DNA of 64,000 nucleotides. Source: the human T2T-CHM13v2.0 reference genome, Homo sapiens. A program made the translations under genes and the position numbers. Below, piece by piece: positions 55,340-64,000 of this stretch. Positions within the stretch are counted from its first letter, which is position 1. Every line of letters starts with the position of its first letter. The notes under the pieces were generated by a model. That model was not told where the DNA came from. It worked only from the letters and a program-made list of their open reading frames with translations, and did not search any database. The stretch lies in the NCBI RefSeq assembly GCF_009914755.1, contig NC_060936.1; one strand, written 5' to 3'.

Positions 55340-56708
55340 TGCAGTGAGTAAGACCCACTGCAGTGAGTGAGAGCCAGTGCAGTGAATTAGACCCGGTGCA
55401 GTGAGTGAGACCTGCTGCAGTGAGTGAGACCTGCTGCAGTGAGTGAGAGCCGGTGCAGTGAGTAAGACCTGCTGCAGTTGAATAAGACCTGGTGTAGTAA
55501 GACCCGCTGCAGTGAGTGTGACCCGATGCAGTAAGACCCAGTGCAGTGAGTGAGAGCCGGTGCAGTGAATTAGACCGAGTGCAGTGAGTGAGACCTGCTG
55601 CAGTGAGTGAGAGCCAGTGCAGTGAATTAGACCCGGTGCAGTGAGTCAGAACTGCTGCAGTTGAGTAAGACCCGGTGTAGTAAGACCCACTGCAGTGAGT
55701 ATGACCCGATGCGGTAAGACCCAGTGCAGTGAGTACGACCCGGTGTAGTAAGAACGGGTGCAGTGACTATGACCTGGTGTAGTAAGACCCAGTGCAGTAT
55801 GACCCAGTGTAGTAACACCCGGTGCAGTGAGTCTGACCCAGTGTAGTAAGACCCAGTGCAGTAAGTATGACCTGGTGTAGTAACACCCAGTGCAGTGAGT
55901 ATGAACCTTTGTAGTAAGACCCGGTGCAGTGAGTGTGACCCGGCGTAGTAAGACCCGGTACACTGACTATGACCTGGTGTAGTAAGACCCAGTGCAGTGA
56001 GTGTGACCCAGCGTAGTAAGACCCGGTACACTGACTATGACCTGGTGTAGTAAGACCCAGTGCAGTGAGTGTGACCCGGTGTAGTAAGACCCAGTGCAGT
56101 GAGTGTGACCCGGTGTAGTCAGACCAGGTGCAGTGAGTGTGACCCAGTATAAGACCAGGTGCAGTGAGTGTGACCCGGTGTAGTCAGACCCGGTGCAGTG
56201 AGTGTGACCTGGCGTAGTAAGACCCGGTGCAGTGAGTGTGACCCGGTGTAGTAAGACCCGGTGCAGTGAGTGTGACCCGGTGTAGTCAGACCAGGTGCAG
56301 TGAGTGTGACCCGGTGCAGTAAGACCCGGTGCAGTGAGTGTGACCCGGTGTAGTCAGACCAGGTGCAGTGAGTGTGACCCGGTGTAGTCAGACCAGGTGC
56401 AGTGAGTGTGACCCGGTGCAGTAAGACCCGGTGCAGTGAGTGTGACCCGGCGTAGTAAGACCCGGTGCAGTGAGTGTGACCCGGTGTAGTCAGACCAGGT
56501 GCAGTGAGTGTGACCCGGTGCAGTAAGACCCGGTGCAGTGAGTGTGACCCGGCGTAGTAAGACCCGGTGCAGTGAGTGTGACCCGGTGTAGTCAGACCAG
56601 GTGCAGTGAGTGTGACCCGGTGCAGTAAGACCCGGTGCAGTGAGTGTGACCCGATGCAGTAAGACCCGGTGCAGTGAGTATGGCCCATTCAGTGAGTAAG
56701 ACCCAGTG
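55340..56708. repeat. VNTR, about 1.37 kb, 34-bp unit built from 19-bp and 15-bp subunits
   Basis: cagtgagtgtgacccggtg (19) plus yagtmagaccmggtg (15). Confidence 0.96.
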
Positions 56709-58064
56709 CCCTGTGTGAGGCTACAAGGGTGAGCCCTGCTGCCCCACACCTCTCTAGGAGCTAACCTAAGAGGGCCAGAAAGGGCCTGGCTCACATTGCA
56801 CCACGTCAAATGACAGAGATTTAAATCACAAATATGTTTTTACTAATAAGAAAAAATAAGGAGGTGGGGCACCTGCTTAGTGATAAGATGTAATTTGCAA
56901 TGGCTGTAGCATGGATGAATCTCTCAGCAATAACCTTGCATTTCATAATTGTACAAAAATAACTATGAGGATAAAAACCATATCTACAATATAATTACTG
57001 TTTTATAAAATGTACGTATGCTTGTAACAACTAAACGGTCCAGTGTCTAGAAAGCTGTGTGTTTCTCCTTGCTTCTCTTGTGAATGACATTGATCTTATA
57101 CAACTGCCTCTCAGTGGACAATCAGTCACTGTCAGGGGCCTCTGCAGTGAATCCATCTTCCAGTGTCTTCAAACAAGGAACTCAGCCAGCTGATTGAGAG
57201 TGCCTGTGTTCAGGAGGGTGGGGACTGAGCCTTTGAGCCTGGCTTCTGGGTCCCTGGGGCATCTAAGATCACCTGCTTTGTCCCTGGCCCTCCTTCAGTT
57301 GAAACGGAAGACTCCACGTTATTTGACTTTCCACGCTTTTTTTCTTCAATTCCATGAGCTTCCAATAACTGACACCAATCAGCTGAGCCTGTTTCTGTTG
57401 CCTTCAAACAAAGGATGCTGAAGATCTGGCACTGACCTAAATTTTTGAAACTGAAAAAGTCTCACTACTTCTCTAATGAAGTTCTCTGCTCCGGGACGGT
57501 GAGAATTGAGTAAAGAGGCTGGCAGAGAAGTCCAACAAGCAATGGCTTGTAACCCAAAATGCACACTGTGCCTGCCACTACTGTTAAAAGAAAGAAAACA
57601 ATAATAGAATTACTCTTTTCTAATACGTAAGAACTTGTACATCACTCAAAAGCAAGGGGAGAACAAGCTCCTCTGAAGTAACACGGCACTGTTCTGCCAT
57701 CCCTCAAAATAAAACGATGACAATAATACACTGAAAATTCCAAATGAGGCACAAGATTCAATAGCCCCCACATTCTACAGCCCACCAACAGCACATGTCC
57801 ATGTCCCTTTCCAGATCCGTAGGAGACCTCACCCCCATGGGGACGGCACAGAAGGTGAGGAGCCAGCACGGGAGGGCTGGGCTGGTGAGGAGGTCTCTGG
57901 CGAGAGCTTCTCGAGAGTTCCACCAACACCCCCAGGGGGAATGGAGGGGATGCTACCGACCAGCATGTGAGCAGTGCCCTGGAAGGCGCGTCTGTGGAGA
58001 TGGGGAAAGTGGGTGCATTCCAGGGAAATTCTGGAGGTAAAATCACAGGTTATTAGAAGTTATT

Positions 58065-58660
58065 AAGGGACTTCATCAATGAAAGACTTTTGCTCTGCAA
58101 ACACCCACTTGGAGTGGAGGAAAAGATAAGCCACAGACTGGAATAGAAGTTTTACAAACCACATATGCTACCAGAGGACTGGCATCCAGAATGTGTACTG
58201 CAATCTCTCAAATCTCAATTGTTAGAAGTACAAACACTCCAGTGAGAAAACAGACACGAGCAGACGTCTCACGGAAGACAACAAGCAGATGTCAAAGCAG
58301 CCCACGGAAAGGTATTCAGCATCACCAGCCATCGGGAACAGGCACATTAAAACCACCGTGAGGCCCCACCCTGCACCCATCAGAAAGGCGAAAATAACAC
58401 ACAGCGACAATCCCAAATGCTGCTGAGAATATGGAGGGGCTGGACCACTCATGCTGTTGACAGGAGGCTGAAATGCTGCAGCCGCCCTGGAAAACAGGTT
58501 GCCAGTTTCTTATAAAACTAAACATACAACAATCATATGGTCCACCAACTGCCCTCTTAGGCATCTGTCCCAGAAAAAAAAAAAAAAAACCTCACACACA
58601 CACAAACACTTACACAAAAACATGAATGAATGCTGTCAGCAGCTATGACGGCACAGCACT
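58065..58660 (+). mobile_element. L1M (MC/MD-like) ORF2 end and 3'UTR fragment
   Basis: gacttcatcaa...acttttgctctgcaaa...aaaagataagccacagactgg...cattaaaaccac.gtgag...cagtttcttataaaactaaacata. Confidence 0.75.
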
Positions 58661-58706
58661 TTGGCAAAGTATTATCTGAGGGGAAACTGGGCAGTGTGCG
58701 TGGGCT

Positions 58707-61700
58707 TTCTCTGCACTGTGTCTGTCTCTGCATTGTGCCTGTCTCTGCACTGTGTCTGTCTCTCTGTACTGTGTCTGTCTCTGTACTGTGTCTGTCTGTC
58801 TCTGTACTGTGCTTCTCTGAACTGTGCCTGTCTATCTCTGTACTGTGTCTGTCTGTCTCTGGGCTGTGCCTGTCTCCGTACTGTGTCTGTCTGTCTCTGT
58901 ACTGTGCCTGTCTCTGAACTGTGCCTGTCTATCTCTGTACTGTGTCTGTCTCTGTGCTCTGCCTGTCTCTGCACTGTGTCTGTCTCTGCACTGTGCCTGT
59001 CTCTGTACTGTGTCTGTCTCTGTACTGTGCCTGTCTCTGTACTATGTCTGTCTCTGCACTGTGCCTGTCTCTGTACTGTGTCTGTCTGTCTCTGCACTGT
59101 GCCTGTCTCTGAACTGTGCCTGTCTATCTCTGTACTGTGTCTGTCTCTGTGCTCTGCCTGTCTCTGCACTGTGTCTGTCTCTGTACTGTCTGTCTCTGCA
59201 CTGTGTCTGTCTCTCTACTGTGTCTGTCTCTGCAGTGTCTGTCTCTGCACTGTGTCTGTCTCTGTGCTCTGCCTGTCTCTGTACTGTGTCTGTCTCTGCA
59301 CTGTGTCTCCCTCTGCGCTCTGCCTGTCTGTGTACTGTGTCTCTCTCTGTACTGTGTCTGTCTCTGCACTGTGTCTGTCTCTGCACTGTGTCTGTCTCTG
59401 CGCTCTGCCTGTCTCTGCACTGTGTCTGTCTCTGCACTGTGTCTGTCTCTGCACTGTGTCTGTCTCTCTACTGTGTCTGTCTCCGCAGTCTCTGTCTCTG
59501 CACTGTGTCTGTCACTGTACTGTGCCTGTCTCTGCACTGTGTCTGTCTCTGCACTGTGTCTGTCTCTGCAGTGTCTGTCTCTGCACTGTGCCTGTCTCTG
59601 TACTGTGCCTGTCTCCGCACTCTGCCTGTCTCTGCACTCTGCCTGTCTCTGCACTGTGTCTGTCTCTGCACTGTGTCTGTCTCTCTACTGTGTCTGTCTC
59701 TGCAGTGTCTGTCTCTGCACTGTGCCTGTCTCTGCACTGTGTCTGTCTCTGCACTGTGTCTGTCTCTGCACTGTGTCTGTCTCTGCAGTGTCTGTCTCTG
59801 CACTGTGCCTGTCTCTGCACTGTGCCTGTCTCTGCACTGTGTCTGTCTCTGCACTGTGTCTGTCTCTCTACTGTGTCTGTCTCTGCAGTGTCTGTCTCTG
59901 CGCTCTGCCTGTCTCTGCACTGTGTCTGTCTCTGCACTGTGCCTGTCTCTGCGCTCTGCCTGTCTCTGTACTGTGTCTGTCTCTCTACTGTGTCTGTCTC
60001 TGCACTGTGTCTGTCTCTGCACTGTCTATCTCTGCGCTCTGCCTGTCTCTGTACTGTGTCTGTCTCTGCACTGTGTCTGTCTCTGCACTGTGCCTGTCTC
60101 TGCGCTCTGCCTGTCTCTGCGCTCTGCCTGTCTCTGTACTGTGTCTGTCTCTGCACTGTGTCTGTCTCTGTGCTCTGCCTGTCTCTGCACTCTGCCTGTC
60201 TCTGCACTGTGTCTGTCTCTGCACTGTGTCTGTCTGTCTCTGTACTATGTCTGTCTGTCTCTGCACTGTGTCTCTCTCTGCGCTCTGCCTGTCTCTGTAC
60301 TGTGTCTGTCTCTGCACTGTGTCTGTCTCTGCACTGTGCCTGTCTCTGCGCTCTGCCTGTCTCTGCACTGTGTCTGTCTCTGCACTGTGTCTGTCTCTGC
60401 ACTGTGTCTGTCTCTGCGCTCTGCCTGTCTCTGCACTGTGTCTGTCTCTGCACTGTGTCTGTCTCTGCACTGTGTCTGTCTCTCTACTGTGTCTGTCTCT
60501 GCACTCTGCCTGTCTCTGCACAGTGTCTGTCTCTGCACTGTGTCTGTCTCTGCACTCTGCCTGTCTCTGCACTGTGCCTGTCTCTGCACTGTGCCTGTCT
60601 CTGCGCTCTGCCTGTCTCTGTACTGTGCCTGTCTCTGCACTGTGTCTGTCTCTGCACTGTGCCTGTCTCTGTACTTTGTCTGTCTCTGCACTGTGCCTGT
60701 CTCTGTACTGTGCCTGTCTATCTCTGTACTGTGTCTGTCTCTGCACTGTGTCTGTCTCTGCACTGTGTCTGTCTCTGCACTGTGTCTGTCTCTGCGCTCT
60801 GCCTGTCTCTGTACTGTGTCTGTCTCTGTACTGTGCCTGTCTCTGCACGGTGTCTGTCTCTGCCCTCTGCCTGTCTCTGTACTGTGTCTGTCTCTGTACT
60901 GTGTCTGTCTCTGCACTGTGTCTGTCTCTCTACTGTGTCTGTCTCTGCACTGTGTCTGTCTCTGCACTGTCTATCTCTGCGCTCTGCCTGTCTCTGTACT
61001 GTGTCTGTCTCTGCACTCTGCCTGTCTCTGCACTGTGTCTGTCTCTGCACTGTGTCTGTCTCTGCACTCTGCCTGTCTCTGCACTGTGTCTGTCTCTGCA
61101 CTCTGCCTGTCTCTGCACTGTGTCTGTCTCTGCACTGTGCCTGTCTCTGTACTTTGTCTGTCTCTGCACTGTGCCTGTCTCTGTACTGTGCCTGTCTATC
61201 TCTGTACTGTGTCTGTCTCTGCACTCTGCCTGTCTCTGCACTGTGTCTGTCTCTGCACTGTGTCTGTCTCTGCACTGTGTCTGTCTCTGCGCTCTGCCTG
61301 TCTCTGTACTGTGTCTGTCTCTGTACTGTGCCTGTCTCTGCACGGTGTCTGTCTCTGCCCTCTGCCTGTCTCTGTACTGTGTCTGTCTCTGTACTGTGTC
61401 TGTCTCTGCACTGTGTCTGTCTCTCTACTGTGTCTGTCTCTGCACTGTGTCTGTCTCTGCACTGTCTATCTCTGCGCTCTGCCTGTCTCTGTACTGTGTC
61501 TGTCTCTGCACTGTGTCTGTCTCTGCACTGTGTCTGTCTCTGCGCTCTGCCTGTCTCTGCACTGTGTCTGTCTCTGCACTGTGTCTGTCTCTGCACTGTG
61601 TCTGTCTCTGCGCTCTGCCTGTCTCTGCACTGTGTCTGTCTCTGTACTGTGTCTGTCTCTGCACTGTGTCTCTCTCTGTGCTCTGCCTGTCTCTGCACTG

Positions 61701-64000
61701 TGTCTGTCTCTGCACTGTCTCTCTCTGCGCTCTGCCTGTCTCTGCACTGTGTCTGTCTCTGCACTGTGTCTGTCTCTGCACTGTGTCTGTCTCTGCGCTC
61801 TGCCTGTCTCTGCACTGTGTCTGTCTCTGCACTGTCTCTCTCTGCACTCTGCCTGTGTACTGTGTCTGTCTCTGTACTGTGTCTGTCTCTGCACTGTGTC
61901 TGTCTCTGTGCTCTGCCTGTCTCTGCACTGTGTCTGTCTCTGCACTGTCTCTCTCTGCGCTCTGCCTGTGTACTGTGTCTGTCTCTGTACTGTGTCTGTC
62001 TCTGCACTGTGTCTGTCTCTGCACTGTGTCTGTCTCTGCGCTCTGCCTGTCTCTGCACTGTGTCTGTCTCTGCACTGTCTCTCTCTGCGCTCTGCCTGTC
62101 TCTGTACTGTGTCTGTCTCTGCACTGTGCCTGTCTCTGCGCTCTGCCTGTCTCTGCGCTCTGCCTGTCTCTGTACTCTGTCTGTCTCTGTACTGTGCCTG
62201 TCTCTGTACTGTGCCTGTCTCTGCACTGTGTCTGTCTCTGTACTGTGTCTGTCTGTCTCTGTACTGTGTCTGTCTCTGCACTGTGTCTGTCTCTGCGCTC
62301 TGCCTGTCTCTGTACTGTCTGTCTCTCTACTGTGTCTGTCTCTGCACTGTGTCTGTCTCTCTACTGTGTCTGTCTCTGCACTGTGTCTGTCTCTGCACTG
62401 TCTATCTCTGCGCTCTGCCTGTCTCTGTACTGTGTCTGTCTCTGCACTGTGTCTGTCTCTACACTGTGCCTGTCTCTGCGCTCTGCCTGTCTCTGCACTG
62501 TGTCTGTGCACTGTGTCTCTGCGCTCTGCCTGTCTCTGCACTGTGTCTGTCTCTGCACTGTGTCTGTCTCTGCGCTCTGCCTGTCTCTGCACTGTGTCTG
62601 TCTCTGCACTGTGTCTGTCTCTGCGCTCTGCCTGTCTCTGCACTGTGTCTGTCTCTGCGCTCTGCCTGTCTCTGCACTGTGTCTGTCTCTGCACTGTGTC
62701 TGTCTCTGCGCTCTGCCTGTCTCTGCACTGTGTCTGTCTCTGCACTGTGTCTGTCTCTGTGCTCTGCCTGTCTCTGCACTGTGTCTGTCTCTGCACTGTC
62801 TCTCTCTGCGCTCTGCCTGTCTCTGTACTGTGTCTGTCTCTGCACTGTGTCTGTCTCTGCACTGTGTCTGTCTCTCTACTGTGTCTGTCTCTGCACTGTC
62901 TCTCTCTGCGCTCTGCCTGTCTCTGTACTGTGTCTGTCTCTGCACTGTGTCTGTCTCTCTACTGTGTCTGTCTCTGCACTGTGTCTGTCTCTGCACTGTC
63001 TATCTCTGCGCTCTGCCTGTGTCTGTACTGTGTCTGTCTCTGCACTGTGCCTGTCTCTGCACTGTGCCTGTCTCTGCGCTCTGCCTGTCTCTGTACTGTG
63101 TCTGTCTCTGCACTGTGTCTGTCTCTCTACTGTGTCTGTCTCTGCACTGTGTCTGTCTCTGTGCTCTGCCTGTCTCTGTACTGTGTCTGTCTCTGTACTG
63201 TGTCTGTCTCTGCACTGTCTCTGTCTCTCTACTGTGTCTGTCTCTGCACTGTGTCTGTCTCTGTGCTCTGCCTGTCTCTGCGCTCTGCCTGTCTCTGCAC
63301 TGTGTCTGTCTCTGCACTGTGTCTGTCTGTCTCTGTACTATGTCTGTCTGTCTCTGCACTGTGTCTCTCTCTGCGCTCTGCCTGTCTCTGTACTGTGTCT
63401 GTCTCTGCACTGTGTCTGTCTCTGCACTGTGCCTGTCTCTGCGCTCTGCCTGTCTCTGCACTGTGTCTGTCTCTACACTGTGTCTGTCTCTCTACTGTGC
63501 CTGTCTCTGCACTGTGCCTGTCTCTGCACTGTGCCTGTCTCTCTACTGTGTCTGTCTCTGCACTGTGCCTGTCTCTGCACTGTGTCTGTCTCTGCACTGT
63601 GTCTGTCTCTGCGCTCTGCCTGTCTCTCTACTGTGTCTGTCTCTGCAGTGTCTGTCTCTGCACTGTGTCTGTCTCTGCACTGTGTCTCCCTCTGCGCTCT
63701 GCCTGTCTGTGTACTGTGTCTGTCTCTGCACTGTGCCTGTCTCTCTACTGTGTCTGTCTGTGTACTGTGTCTGTCTCTGCACTGTGTCTGTCTCTCTACT
63801 GTGTCTGTCTGTGTACTGTGTCTGTCTCTGCACTGTGTCTGTCTCTCTACTGTGTCTGTCTGTGTACTGTGTCTGTCTCTGCACTGTGTCTGTCTCTGTG
63901 CTCTGCCTGTCTCTGCACTGTGTCTGTCTCTGCACTGTCTATCTCTGCGCTCTGCCTGTCTCTGTACTGTGTCTGTCTCTGCACTGTGTCTGTCTCTGCA
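58707..64000. repeat. Large 17-bp minisatellite array (tctctgcactgtgtctg)n, more than 5.2 kb, continuing past the window end
   Basis: Roughly 300 units; variants tctctgtactgtgtctg, tctctgcgctctgcctg and tctctctactgtgtctg, plus shorter and longer indel units. Confidence 0.98.

Noticed and set aside
58610-58720. Complete RSS formed by acaaaaaca and the first array heptamer
   Set aside because: The relative orientation and spacing are wrong for a 12- or 23-RSS.
60718-62862. 714-aa ORF and the overlapping [17 protein letters not shown] ORFs as protein-coding genes
   Set aside because: They lie entirely in the 17-bp array, start at GTG, are open in all frames, and have no unique domain or splice structure.

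Overview
This is primate genomic DNA (AluY/AluS/AluJ, L1PA, THE1 and MER41 indicate a simian, most likely human, source), not microbial. I cannot support any protein-coding gene, rRNA, tRNA or CRISPR array. The long ORFs in the track come from simple or tandem repeats, Alu, L1 or a dead Tigger1 transposase. The window is GC-rich and dense in repeats, with many nested transposon insertions that still show their target-site duplications (TSDs), a cluster of three ERV1 solo LTRs at 30.7-33.0 kb, and an unusually large set of unrelated minisatellites, ending in a 17-bp array of more than 5 kb that runs off the right edge. The most interesting signals are non-coding. (1) A near-perfect 50-bp-arm palindrome at 45738-45845 in apparently unique DNA, with a template-switch footprint and a pre-miRNA-like shape. 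(2) Tandem repeats that multiply transcription-factor motifs: an LTR-derived 52-bp CCAAT/NF-Y array and a 19-bp MITF/TFE plus GC-box array. (3) A MER41B LTR with both GAS motifs intact. (4) A twin-primed L1 whose junction was later duplicated. Repeat subfamily names are from recall of consensus sequences and need a RepeatMasker/Dfam run. I could not identify the chromosomal locus.
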